From positions 1-64,000 of IMG/VR virus record IMGVR_UViG_3300043395_003024: DNA of 64,000 nt. One strand, 5' to 3'. This stretch comes from a virus. The notes beneath the pieces were generated by a model that had not been told where the DNA came from, searched no databases, and was given only the letters and a program-made list of their open reading frames with translations. The position numbers were made by a program, and so were the translations under genes. Shown in pieces: positions 36,814 to 46,316 of this stretch (position 1 is its first letter; each line of letters opens with the position of its first letter).

Positions 36814-38565
36814 GTGGCGGTTAATAGGGTTGAATCAAGCATAGGTCGTTCCGGAAACGATGCAATATACGGAACCGGCGTTGACGGAAACGTAACCATT
36901 TCTTCTAATACGACGATTACGTCCGACATGTATTACAACAACCTAACGGTTAACTCCGGAGTATTTCTAAATACAAACGGCTACAGAGTGTTTGTAAAAA
37001 ACACATTGGCAAACAATGGATATATAGGAATTGGTTCGGTTAGCAGTGGGACAGTTGGCGAACCAGCAAGTGCTGTTTCTGACGGAACCTTAAAGGGACA
37101 TACATCTGGAGCAATTACATATCGAACAGGCGGTCAGGGTGGTGGGGGTACCAATCCTGGAATTACTGCTCTTCCGTCGTTCTTGTATAAAGACGTAAAC
37201 GCAATGTCTGGTGGAATGATGATGGACCCGGTTCTTGGGGTTCTTCCAATGTCTGGAGGTTCACGTGGCGCATCAGGCAGTGTCGGGGCGTCTGGCGCTA
37301 ACGTCGCAGGTTCTGCCGGAGCAACAGGCCTTTTAGGCGCAACTGGTTCTCCCGGGGCAACCGGTTCTCCAGGAGGCGCTGGTTCTGCTGGGGCAACTGG
37401 TGCGTATGCTCCGAATGCTACAACAGTTGGTGCTGCTGGGGGAAAGGGTAACCCCGGCGCAGTTGGTGTTTCTGGCGCTAGCGGAAGTCCTGGAGCAAGC
37501 GGAAATAAGGGCGCAAGTGGAAGTCCTGGAGCTACTGGTCTGGGAGGTGCTGGTGGTGCTGGCGGTATTGGTGGTATGGGTGGTGGTGTTGTATGCATCA
37601 TTGCCAAGTACATAACGGGTTCAGGAAAATTTGTTTCATTAGGAATGTCTGGGGCAACTGGTTCTGCTGGCAGTCCTGGGACTACTGGCTTAACGGGGGC
37701 AAGTGGAGCTAGTGGAAGCCCTGGTTTAGTTGGGGCTAGCGGGTTAGCGGGTGGAACGGGGGCTACGGGTACTCCGGCTCCAGGAATAACACACCCAAAC
37801 CCCGATACATCAGTAGCAAACCCTGATGCTCGCAACTATTCACACCATCATCACTACGACAATCACTCAGACCGACATGCCCACTCCGTTAGGGCGCACG
37901 TTGATGGAGGTAAAGGGCACCATTACTTGGGTCCCCACCATCATCATGCTGGCCACTATCATCACCCTCATAACGACGGGCCGCATGGAGGCGCTCACCA
38001 CTGGGATGGCCATTGGTGGCATGCGTACTTTCAGCTGAGCCACAGTTACCCATTCCCCCACTACCATCAAAAACCAAATGGCCATGGCGGCCATAGCCAT
38101 CCAAGCGGTGATGGGTACCACCACTCTGGGGTATATCACGGTTCGTTTGGTGGTCACGATGGACACGTTCATGCCCATTTTGGGCTGCCACACCATAGCC
38201 ATACGCACGCTCATCACCCAACTACAAGCCCCACATGGCACCACCACCACGTCGCCCCACATACACATACTAACCCGGCAAGCCATTATGCAGGCGGGGC
38301 AGGCGGAGCCGGAGGTGCTGGCGGAGCCGGAGGGGCAGGCGGAGCCGGAGGAGCTGGCGGTCTTGGCGGAGCTGGTGGGGCTGGCGGTACTGGGGCTACT
38401 GGGGCTACTGGGAAAAGGGGCGGAGCCGGCGGAGGAGGGTCAATTTTGATTCTCACCGACTCGATAGATGCTACGATTACATATGACACAAGGGCTGGAC
38501 TGACGGCTGACGCGGACAACTTTTCCGCATCATCTGGAAGTTCCTATGTCTTATTGAACGTTTAG
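36814..38565 (+). CDS. Gly-rich fibre/adhesin with central His-rich domain
   Basis: GAT/GAS/GGA repeats flank an approximately 150-aa His/Trp/Tyr-rich segment. Confidence 0.8.
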   Translation: MAVNRVESSIGRSGNDAIYGTGVDGNVTISSNTTITSDMYYNNLTVNSGVFLNTNGYRVFVKNTLANNGYIGIGSVSSGTVGEPASAVSDGTLKGHTSGAITYRTGGQGGGGTNPGITALPSFLYKDVNAMSGGMMMDPVLGVLPMSGGSRGASGSVGASGANVAGSAGATGLLGATGSPGATGSPGGAGSAGATGAYAPNATTVGAAGGKGNPGAVGVSGASGSPGASGNKGASGSPGATGLGGAGGAGGIGGMGGGVVCIIAKYITGSGKFVSLGMSGATGSAGSPGTTGLTGASGASGSPGLVGASGLAGGTGATGTPAPGITHPNPDTSVANPDARNYSHHHHYDNHSDRHAHSVRAHVDGGKGHHYLGPHHHHAGHYHHPHNDGPHGGAHHWDGHWWHAYFQLSHSYPFPHYHQKPNGHGGHSHPSGDGYHHSGVYHGSFGGHDGHVHAHFGLPHHSHTHAHHPTTSPTWHHHHVAPHTHTNPASHYAGGAGGAGGAGGAGGAGGAGGAGGLGGAGGAGGTGATGATGKRGGAGGGGSILILTDSIDATITYDTRAGLTADADNFSASSGSSYVLLNV

Positions 38566-38573
38566 GAGAAAAA

Positions 38574-38807
38574 ATGGACTTAGGTCTGACAAATCAGCAA
38601 AAAGAGATGGCTCTTCGTAATTCTAAGTCTGGTATTACAACAGAGATTTACAACATCCTCATTCGCCTAGGCATAGACCCTGACACATTTTCATCGGTCG
38701 ATGAACTCCCAACGCAAACGGATGGGTCTTTTGCTGGTGAGTACAACAGGGTTAAGGGCCTTATTTCTGCACTAGAGCTTATTGAAAGCAAGTTAAATGA
38801 GCTTTAA
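38574..38807 (+). CDS. Hypothetical protein
   Basis: RBS AGGAG; operonic. Confidence 0.75.
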   Translation: MDLGLTNQQKEMALRNSKSGITTEIYNILIRLGIDPDTFSSVDELPTQTDGSFAGEYNRVKGLISALELIESKLNEL

Positions 38808-39226
38808 TGAAACGTTTTGTATATGTTCCCCCATCATTAGCGAATGATGAGCTAGCGCTAAAAGAAGCAGAAAAACTAGCAAAAGATGCGCAGCTGTCAT
38901 TAAGAATAGGCTCTATTGGTGACGGAATAAATAAATATTCTATTAGCATCATTGCCATTCCAGAATTTTCTGCTACAAACCACGATGAAGTAGTCAAGTC
39001 TAATTTCATTTTTTCTGCGGATATAACTAATGAATTTGTCAGCATGGACAAAAGCATCCAAATGGAGACAATTTCTCCCACCGGACTTAAACAAAGTTTT
39101 TATCCAACAGTACTAGAAAGACATGTGGCTAAATTCAGGGTACGTTTTGCTGAGACTGGAAAATATGAATTTTCGGTATGCGATAAAGATACAAAGTTTT
39201 TAGTATCTTCTTTCGAGGTCATATGA
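38807..39226 (+). CDS. Hypothetical protein
   Basis: Coupled at both ends. Confidence 0.7.
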   Translation: MKRFVYVPPSLANDELALKEAEKLAKDAQLSLRIGSIGDGINKYSISIIAIPEFSATNHDEVVKSNFIFSADITNEFVSMDKSIQMETISPTGLKQSFYPTVLERHVAKFRVRFAETGKYEFSVCDKDTKFLVSSFEVI

Positions 39227-39804
39227 AGATTGAAAAACCAGCAACATGCATCACTGTTTATAGAGACGTTTTTGAACCAGACATGGCTCAAGCCTTTGTA
39301 GATATGCTCAATTCCGAAATAGAAAATGAATGGTCAGAGATGGGGTGGAACTCATCTGGAGTAGGCCAGGGTGTAGTTACTCAATACCGCACTTCCTTAT
39401 CGTGTTCTTTGGTGCCGCTTATGAAGCCCTACCCAGAGACCGACCTATCTAGATTTTTTAAACGCACTATTGGCGACCAGGTTGCTGATGTTGCAGAAGA
39501 TTATAGGAAAGAGTACCTGATAGGAAGTGCCGTATTTGAGCCATACCAGGTTTTAAAGTATCTTCCAGAGTCTGAATACCATAGTCATTATGACCATTTT
39601 AGAGATAATGCAAGAGTATTTAGCATGGTTGCCAACCTGGTTTCACCAGAATCCGGCGGAAGCTTGGAATTTCCTCTATTCGACGTAGAAGTTGAATGTG
39701 AAGCTGGTTCTGTAGTTATGTTTCCCAGCAATTTCCCATATCTACATACAGCGCATCCTGTGGTATCCGGAACTAAATATTCATTGGTGACGTGGTTTAG
39801 ATGA
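39223..39804 (+). CDS. 2OG-Fe(II) oxygenase (prolyl-4-hydroxylase-like)
   Basis: QVLKY...HYD...GGSLEF...GSVVMFPS...HTAHPVVSGTKYS. Confidence 0.9.
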   Translation: MKIEKPATCITVYRDVFEPDMAQAFVDMLNSEIENEWSEMGWNSSGVGQGVVTQYRTSLSCSLVPLMKPYPETDLSRFFKRTIGDQVADVAEDYRKEYLIGSAVFEPYQVLKYLPESEYHSHYDHFRDNARVFSMVANLVSPESGGSLEFPLFDVEVECEAGSVVMFPSNFPYLHTAHPVVSGTKYSLVTWFR

Positions 39805-40061
39805 GCATATTTAGTTATTTTTCCGCCCGATTTTGGCCTTCTGGGAATATTAGAAACAAGAGACCATGGGACGGGAACTCGCTTAATGAAAAAGACCTTC
39901 AAGATTTAGCTGACGTCGATTATGACGAAATGGAGTGGGTTGCTAGAAAATATGACCTTACTCAGCATGCGGTGATTGACTCGGAAGGTGATAAGTTCAG
40001 GTGCATTTTTATGGCTACACCAATGCCATCATTCAATCAGGAAGAAGAAGACGATGATTAG
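39801..40061 (+). CDS. Hypothetical protein
   Basis: ATGA overlap. Confidence 0.65.
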   Translation: MSIFSYFSARFWPSGNIRNKRPWDGNSLNEKDLQDLADVDYDEMEWVARKYDLTQHAVIDSEGDKFRCIFMATPMPSFNQEEEDDD

Positions 40062-40290
40062 CTATTCGCTAGAAGACCATATGCAGTATGTCGAAGCAAG
40101 GCTTATTCGCATATGCGGACTGGCCGGTGTATCAGACATGACTGTTACGGAAGATAATTACAAAGCCGTTAAAAAGGGGCTAAAAGATAATCTAAACAAA
40201 GCAGAATATAATCGCTCGTACGGCGAATTGCGGCATCTGTATTTTGCCAAGTTCTTAGCACCACAAATCGAGGCGGCCGACAATGCCTAA
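40054..40290 (+). CDS. Hypothetical protein
   Basis: 8-nt overlaps at both ends. Confidence 0.65.
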   Translation: MISYSLEDHMQYVEARLIRICGLAGVSDMTVTEDNYKAVKKGLKDNLNKAEYNRSYGELRHLYFAKFLAPQIEAADNA

Positions 40291-40990
40291 TTTCACAATC
40301 GAAGAAATGTCTCGCATTGCACGCTCAATGCACAGCCGTCCAAGTGAAGACCTACAGCCAGTTCTTACTGATGAACAGTTAAAAGAACTATATATAAAAA
40401 TGCGTCAGGTTTATGATGCATCCGGAATCCCGCTAGAGCGCGTCATTTTTGTTGACGAGTTTCATTCTTTTATTCTCGGCTCCGACGAAAATGCAGAATT
40501 TAGAAGCATTGTTGCGGCTGCCGTTGACATCGTAGAGGCGCTCGTGCGAATGCGTAGACCGCAAAAAATGTTATTTGTTGGAGCGCTAGAGGGGCTTACA
40601 AGAACTGCACCATATGTCGAAGAGGTATCTGTCCTGAATACTGTGATTACGCAAAGCGTCGTTAAGTATTGTGATGTATCAAAGTTTGAAAATGTAACAA
40701 CTGTTAACTATTCAGAAATAGATTCATTATTTGGAACGCAGGACATGGCGGTCGTCTATTGCCAGTCGCTTGGGTTCAATGAACACCTGCTGGACTCTGT
40801 GATAGGGTCACTAAAAGAAGACGGTGTACTTGCTGTTTCAAATTCATCAGATTTAGGAAATTTGTATGAAAATGGTGATGAAACTGGAGCATATTTAGTC
40901 CATCAGCAAATACTTAATTCAGGATTATTCACTTCTTTCCATATTCCAACACAGGTAGCGTTCACAATTTATGTCAGACACGGTAACTAA
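40283..40990 (+). CDS. Degenerate class I methyltransferase-like protein
   Basis: RPQKMLFVG...DMAVV....LKEDGVLAV Rossmann-like spacing. Confidence 0.5.
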   Translation: MPNFTIEEMSRIARSMHSRPSEDLQPVLTDEQLKELYIKMRQVYDASGIPLERVIFVDEFHSFILGSDENAEFRSIVAAAVDIVEALVRMRRPQKMLFVGALEGLTRTAPYVEEVSVLNTVITQSVVKYCDVSKFENVTTVNYSEIDSLFGTQDMAVVYCQSLGFNEHLLDSVIGSLKEDGVLAVSNSSDLGNLYENGDETGAYLVHQQILNSGLFTSFHIPTQVAFTIYVRHGN

Positions 40991-42521
40991 ACAGGACCTA
41001 ATTAACCTTAGAACTGGTGCACAAAGTGAAAAACCTGAATCGATAGCGATAGTCGGTTCCGGAACTGCTGGATTGATTGCGGCTCTTTTACTTAGGAGAG
41101 CTTTTCCGCTGTCTGACATAACAGTAATTTCTTCATCCAAGATAGGAATTATTGGCGTCGGTGAAGGTTCTACCGAGCATTGGCGCCAATTTATGGACAT
41201 ATGTGATATCCCTCTAGAAGAAATGATTGTTGCAACAGCAGCAACACATAAATACGGTATCCGCTATGAAAATTGGCATAACAAAAATTCCGATTATTTT
41301 CATAGCGTCGGCGCAATAGATGAAGTATTTGCGTTTGGACTCTATGGCGTGTACATGGGTCTTATTGAACAAGAAAGACTATTTACGCCGAATACGTCAA
41401 GCGTCGGAATAATAAAAGATAAAATACCAAGAAACGGTCTGCACAAAAGTACCAATCAATTTCATTTTGATACCTTCAAATTAAATGAATACTTCACTTC
41501 TTTAGCATTTAAGAGGAGTATTAAGTTTATTGACGCAGAGGTCAGTCAGGTCATCATAGATGCAGAAACTGGAAATATATCTTCTGTAAAAACTGATGCA
41601 GGTGATGAGGTATCTGCGTATTTTTGGTTTGATGCGTCTGGGTTTTCTCGTGTTTTAATGAACGAGGTTGGCAATACGGAGTGGGAATCTTTCAATAAGT
41701 ACCTGCTCAGCAATACGGCTATTCCTTTCCCTACCGAAAGCGACCCAAATGGGAGAATCCGGCCATACACAAGAGCACGCGCTGCTTCGTCTGGGTGGAT
41801 GTGGGAAATCCCTACGCAGGAACGTCGCGGTAACGGCTATGTCTTTTCTTCTGATTTTCTTTCGCCTGAGCAGGCGGTAGAAGAAGCAGAAAAGATGAGC
41901 GGATACAAGATAGACAATCCACGTGTTATCTCGTTTGATGCTGGGTATCTAAAAACCCCATGGGTAAAAAACTGCATGGCTATTGGTCTTGCCTCTTCTT
42001 TCGTTGAGCCGCTAGAGGCAACTAGCATTGGCTCCACTATTCAGCAGGTTAGGCAGGCGATACCATACATAGCCTCGTATGTACCAGGAAATCAGGCATC
42101 ACAGAAACACTTCAACAAGGGTTTCGGCAAAATAATGCGAAATATATTGACAATGATTCGTCTTCACTACTACACAGATAGGGCGGATACGCCATTTTGG
42201 CAGGCCATGTCGAATATGCCAATTAATGATGAACTTCAAGAGCTCATCGAACTTTGGTCAGAACGTCCACCATCAAGATATGACCTTGACAGCAATTCTG
42301 GTGAAATGTTTTTGGCCCCACACCTGGCCCATGTTGCCCAGGGCCAGGGAGTGATAAGTAAGGATGCCTGCACAAGGGCTATGAATATGATGGTCTTAAG
42401 AGACCAAATATTCTATGAAATCGATACCATGAGACAGAATAGGCATAATCATGAACTCGTCGACCACGGCCAGTCATTGAGGGAATTGTTGTCAACAGAT
42501 GAAGAATGGTTGTACAAGTGA
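40971..42521 (+). CDS. Flavin-dependent (tryptophan-halogenase family) halogenase
   Basis: GSGTAG, VGEGS, ATHK catalytic Lys, WMWEIP, FVEPLEATSI. Confidence 0.9.
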   Translation: MSDTVTKQDLINLRTGAQSEKPESIAIVGSGTAGLIAALLLRRAFPLSDITVISSSKIGIIGVGEGSTEHWRQFMDICDIPLEEMIVATAATHKYGIRYENWHNKNSDYFHSVGAIDEVFAFGLYGVYMGLIEQERLFTPNTSSVGIIKDKIPRNGLHKSTNQFHFDTFKLNEYFTSLAFKRSIKFIDAEVSQVIIDAETGNISSVKTDAGDEVSAYFWFDASGFSRVLMNEVGNTEWESFNKYLLSNTAIPFPTESDPNGRIRPYTRARAASSGWMWEIPTQERRGNGYVFSSDFLSPEQAVEEAEKMSGYKIDNPRVISFDAGYLKTPWVKNCMAIGLASSFVEPLEATSIGSTIQQVRQAIPYIASYVPGNQASQKHFNKGFGKIMRNILTMIRLHYYTDRADTPFWQAMSNMPINDELQELIELWSERPPSRYDLDSNSGEMFLAPHLAHVAQGQGVISKDACTRAMNMMVLRDQIFYEIDTMRQNRHNHELVDHGQSLRELLSTDEEWLYK

Positions 42522-43303
42522 GTTATAAGCTTCCCCCTGTAAAGCCTGGGCAAATACGATTTACACCCATGGATAACAGATTGATGGAATTTCCGCCGTT
42601 TGTTAATAATGTGAGTACACAACCAAACTGGTTCAAGCGAATTGGAAAACAGCAGGGTTCTGTTCGTAGGTGTGCCGGGACAATTGACTATCTTGCTGCA
42701 GGCATAACACTTCCGCTTTGGACAAACTACAGGTTTAGGCCAGACTCTCATGGGGCGTGGGAGACAGGAGGGGACGACTTCAGCCCACAGGCGGGAATTA
42801 ATAATGTTCAGGGTTTTGCGTACGAGTCAACAGGCTCCTGTCCGGTTACTAATATTAGACAAATAGAAACTGGCCAGTACCCAAAATTGGTAAATCCGTG
42901 GAGATTTGAAACTGCCCCGGGTTGGTCGACCCTTCTTCTTCCACTGCACTGGGAGCCAAATGAAAATTACTCTGTCATACCAGCAATAATTAATACGGAT
43001 TATTACCATTTGGCAAATATTGTTTTAAATATTACTGGTAATTCAGCGTTCGGAATTAAGGTTGGAACGCCAATAGCTCAGCTAGTGCCATTTAAGAGAG
43101 ACTCTGATTTTTCTGAAATTATTTTTAATGACGAGTCGTACTTTAAGTATGTTGCTACCACCGGGTTTGGGATGGGCCATATTGCCCCCCACGATGGAAC
43201 CGCTGGCCCATATAGGCGCGAGCGTGTGAATATTGATAAAATATTAGGTGAATGCCCTGCTGGCGAAAGAAAAAACCGATGGAAAATACTCAAAAAAAAA
43301 TAA
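42518..43303 (+). CDS. DUF6065-like protein
   Basis: RRC....D....G...PLW; PW...T.PGWS; GTPIAQLVPFKR. Confidence 0.6.
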   Translation: MSYKLPPVKPGQIRFTPMDNRLMEFPPFVNNVSTQPNWFKRIGKQQGSVRRCAGTIDYLAAGITLPLWTNYRFRPDSHGAWETGGDDFSPQAGINNVQGFAYESTGSCPVTNIRQIETGQYPKLVNPWRFETAPGWSTLLLPLHWEPNENYSVIPAIINTDYYHLANIVLNITGNSAFGIKVGTPIAQLVPFKRDSDFSEIIFNDESYFKYVATTGFGMGHIAPHDGTAGPYRRERVNIDKILGECPAGERKNRWKILKKK

Positions 43304-43373
43304 CAGAGTACAGCGATATTAAAAAAAATTCAAAAAAGAACGTCACGGGAAGCAAAAATAAAGGCGGTCTTCG

Positions 43374-43745
43374 ATGAGAATTCAGATATATGGCTGGCCG
43401 CTTGCGCCATTTGATAAGCCAGCTACAACGCAGGAAGAACTAATGTCAGCCCTCCGACAGATGAGGGATGTTCTTTTAAAGGAAAGCGACTGGACACAGT
43501 CTTCGGATTCCCCCCTTTCGGAAGAGATACGTAACGACTGGAGGATATGGAGGCAAAGCGTCCGTGATATTACGGATACTGTTGAAAATCCGTTGCCATA
43601 TGTTGTTGACCTTGGTGAGTTGCCAGGGCAGGGTGTTCCCAGCAGCTGGTCTAATTGGGATGTAGATGTTCTCGAGTCGACATGGACCACTACTACGGCG
43701 GAGCAAAAAGCCGCAAAACTGGAGGATTCAAATGGCGAGAACTAA
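43374..43745 (+). CDS. Tail fibre assembly chaperone
   Basis: LRQMRDVLLKESDWTQSSDSP.....W..WRQ.VRDI. Confidence 0.85.
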   Translation: MRIQIYGWPLAPFDKPATTQEELMSALRQMRDVLLKESDWTQSSDSPLSEEIRNDWRIWRQSVRDITDTVENPLPYVVDLGELPGQGVPSSWSNWDVDVLESTWTTTTAEQKAAKLEDSNGEN

Positions 43746-44685
43746 ATTTTCAGTCAAAGATGGCATATCTGTATCGACAGATTCGGTTCCAGCTGGATTT
43801 GAGCTTATCCCGCCAGGCATAATGATGGCTTATGCTGGGTCAAGCGCCCCAGACGGCTGGCTTCTATGTGACGGAACTGCATACTCAAGAACAACTTATG
43901 CAAATCTATTTGCCGCAATATCGACTACATTCGGCAGCGGTGACGGGAGTACTACGTTCAATCTTCCCAACACAAAGGGGAGAACACTTGTTGGGGCCGG
44001 AACTGGGGATGGCGGTGGCTCATCTGCCTCCTCTGGCGTTATATCTGGTGGTTCAGCTTTAACGGCCAGGCCCCTTGGTTCATGGTATGGCAGAGAGTCT
44101 GTCACCTTAATAGCCAACAATCTTCCGGCTCATACACACGGACTAAATAGTCATACTCACGGAGCAAGTCATGACCATACGGGCTCAAGTGGTGGCCCAT
44201 CTGGTGGAAGCGACACAGCATCAGCCGGCATTGGTTCGCCTAGCCCCAGCGGAACGCAGTCAACATCAATAAACCATAACCATAGTGTTGATTTATATCA
44301 TTACGCGGCCGGCAACCATGAACATAGGTTATATTACGTAACGGATGGACAGTCGGGGACTAACAAAGCGAGAGTTTCAGCTTCAGGAACAACATTGTCA
44401 AACAGTGGCATAACAACATTTGAAGCCAGCCATACCCATACTTTTACAAATGGCACTTCAGGCGACTCAAACCCATACCATAATCATGACATGTATGACC
44501 ATCGGCATAGTTCAGACCACTATCATGGACTCGGAGCCCATACTCATACAGTAACAGTAAATTCAAAAGCACTTACAACAGATGGCCCTAGCACGTCAAA
44601 TACAACGGATGGTGGGTACTCGGCTAGCTCTGCTGTTGAAAATATGCAACCAATGCTCGCAGTAAATTACATCATCAAGTACTAA
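43732..44685 (+). CDS. Tail collar domain / short fibre protein
   Basis: PPG.MMAYAG..APDGWLLCDG..YSRTTYANLF...FNLP; HxH repeats; NMQP.LAVNYIIKY. Confidence 0.9.
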   Translation: MARTKFSVKDGISVSTDSVPAGFELIPPGIMMAYAGSSAPDGWLLCDGTAYSRTTYANLFAAISTTFGSGDGSTTFNLPNTKGRTLVGAGTGDGGGSSASSGVISGGSALTARPLGSWYGRESVTLIANNLPAHTHGLNSHTHGASHDHTGSSGGPSGGSDTASAGIGSPSPSGTQSTSINHNHSVDLYHYAAGNHEHRLYYVTDGQSGTNKARVSASGTTLSNSGITTFEASHTHTFTNGTSGDSNPYHNHDMYDHRHSSDHYHGLGAHTHTVTVNSKALTTDGPSTSNTTDGGYSASSAVENMQPMLAVNYIIKY

Positions 44686-44694
44686 GATAGGCCG

Positions 44695-45762
44695 ATGCGC
44701 TTCCACGTTGTATCGCTACCGCATACAAACACAACAGAAGAATTTACTGCTTGTGCATATACCGAAAAAGTTCGTAAGTTCTGCATAATGATGAAAAACC
44801 TTGGGCATACAGTGTTTCTGTATGCTGGAGAGTTTAATGAGGCACCATGTGATGAGCATATTCAGTGCATCAGCGAGTTAGAGAGGGTGAACGCCGTAGG
44901 CTCAAACCACTACTCTGCGGCATCATTTGACTGGAATTTGCCTCACTGGGTGAGCTTCAATGGGAACGTAATTAATGCAATAAAAGAACGGCTCGAGCAT
45001 AAGGACTTTATTTGTCTTATTGCCGGCTACGCGTCGAAGCCAATTGCAGATGCATTTCCGAACGAAATCAGCGTGGAATTTGGTATCGGATACGGTGGCT
45101 CATTTGCTAATTACAAGGTTTTTGAGTCGTATGCCTGGATGCATTCCTGTTATGGCTCAAAGGTCACGGACCCACACGCCCTTGATGGGAAGTTTTACGA
45201 CACGGTTATCCCTAGCTATATAGACGTCAATGACTTCCCAGTTCGAGACACGCCTGATGACTATTACCTCTATATCGGAAGGCTTATTGAGCGCAAGGGG
45301 TACCAAATTGCTGTTGATGTGTGCAGGAGACTCGGCAAGCGCCTAATAGTTGCTGGAGCTGGAACGCCACCGGATTACGGCGAGTATGTAGGTGTGGTCG
45401 GGACAGAAGAACGCGGGCGGCTAATGGCTGGAGCAATCGCCACATTTGTACCGACAATTTATGTTGAGCCATTCGGGACGGTTGCAGTTGAGGCGATGGC
45501 ATGTGGCTCTCCGGTCATATCGACCGACTGGGGTGCGTTTACGGAGACGGTTATTGATGGCGTAACTGGATTTAGGTGTCACACTTTGAGGGAATTCATG
45601 GATGCAGCTATTGCCGCTCCATCTTTAGACAGAAAAGCCATAAGCCGTTATTCAAAGGAAAGATACGGCTTGGATACAGTTGGGCTGATGTACGACCGTT
45701 ATTTTAGAAGGCTCCAGACACTGTGGGGCGCTGGGTGGCATGAACTCGGCGAGCCTAGTTAA
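44695..45762 (+). CDS. Glycosyltransferase family 4
   Basis: YIGRL..RKG; EPFGTVAVEAMACGSPVI. Confidence 0.9.
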   Translation: MRFHVVSLPHTNTTEEFTACAYTEKVRKFCIMMKNLGHTVFLYAGEFNEAPCDEHIQCISELERVNAVGSNHYSAASFDWNLPHWVSFNGNVINAIKERLEHKDFICLIAGYASKPIADAFPNEISVEFGIGYGGSFANYKVFESYAWMHSCYGSKVTDPHALDGKFYDTVIPSYIDVNDFPVRDTPDDYYLYIGRLIERKGYQIAVDVCRRLGKRLIVAGAGTPPDYGEYVGVVGTEERGRLMAGAIATFVPTIYVEPFGTVAVEAMACGSPVISTDWGAFTETVIDGVTGFRCHTLREFMDAAIAAPSLDRKAISRYSKERYGLDTVGLMYDRYFRRLQTLWGAGWHELGEPS

Positions 45763-45997
45763 TAGATACTGCTTGCCACTTGCCAATTGGGCATTCGGCG
45801 TGGGCTATTTTTGTTTTAAGATGCATAAAGCAACCGCACTTTATGCACTGTCTTGTTGAGGCTTTAAAAAACTGACACTCTGTACATATCGAGTATCTTG
45901 ATTCTTCGGTCGGTTTATCAACATATTCAGTCGATTTGCGGAAAAAGTCTAAAGGACTTGCCTTGCGGCTATTGTCTCCTCGCTGTTCTCTCATCAC
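45755..45997 (-). CDS. DUF6171-like Cys-rich protein
   Basis: R..IC..C......C..CGCFM..K......CP..KW. Confidence 0.75.
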   Translation of the reverse strand: MMREQRGDNSRKASPLDFFRKSTEYVDKPTEESRYSICTECQFFKASTRQCIKCGCFMHLKTKIAHAECPIGKWQAVSIN

Positions 45998-46011
45998 TGC
46001 TCCAGGCCTAA

Positions 46012-46305
46012 TTATATTGTTCCGATTTCCTCAAAATTAGATAAATCTGGAAGAATAAACTTTTCGCCATCCCATGGTGTTCCGTCTGGAACTGGAGCAT
46101 GCTTGACAAGAAGAACTCCACTATCAAAAAACGACGACAACAAAGCCCACCCTGGAATCATAAGTATCACATCACCATTTTCTGTTGTGCCATTTGCCCA
46201 AAGCGCACCAATCGATGCTCCATCCTTTACTGCCACAACACAAAAATCTATGCTTTCTAAACCCGGTCCCAAATCATTGTCTACGGTTATTCCCTTATAT
46301 GCCAT
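46012..46305 (-). CDS. Hypothetical protein (fibre-associated)
   Basis: G..WDGEKF end; RBS AAGGA. Confidence 0.7.
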   Translation of the reverse strand: MAYKGITVDNDLGPGLESIDFCVVAVKDGASIGALWANGTTENGDVILMIPGWALLSSFFDSGVLLVKHAPVPDGTPWDGEKFILPDLSNFEEIGTI

Positions 46306-46316
46306 TGATTGTTCCT

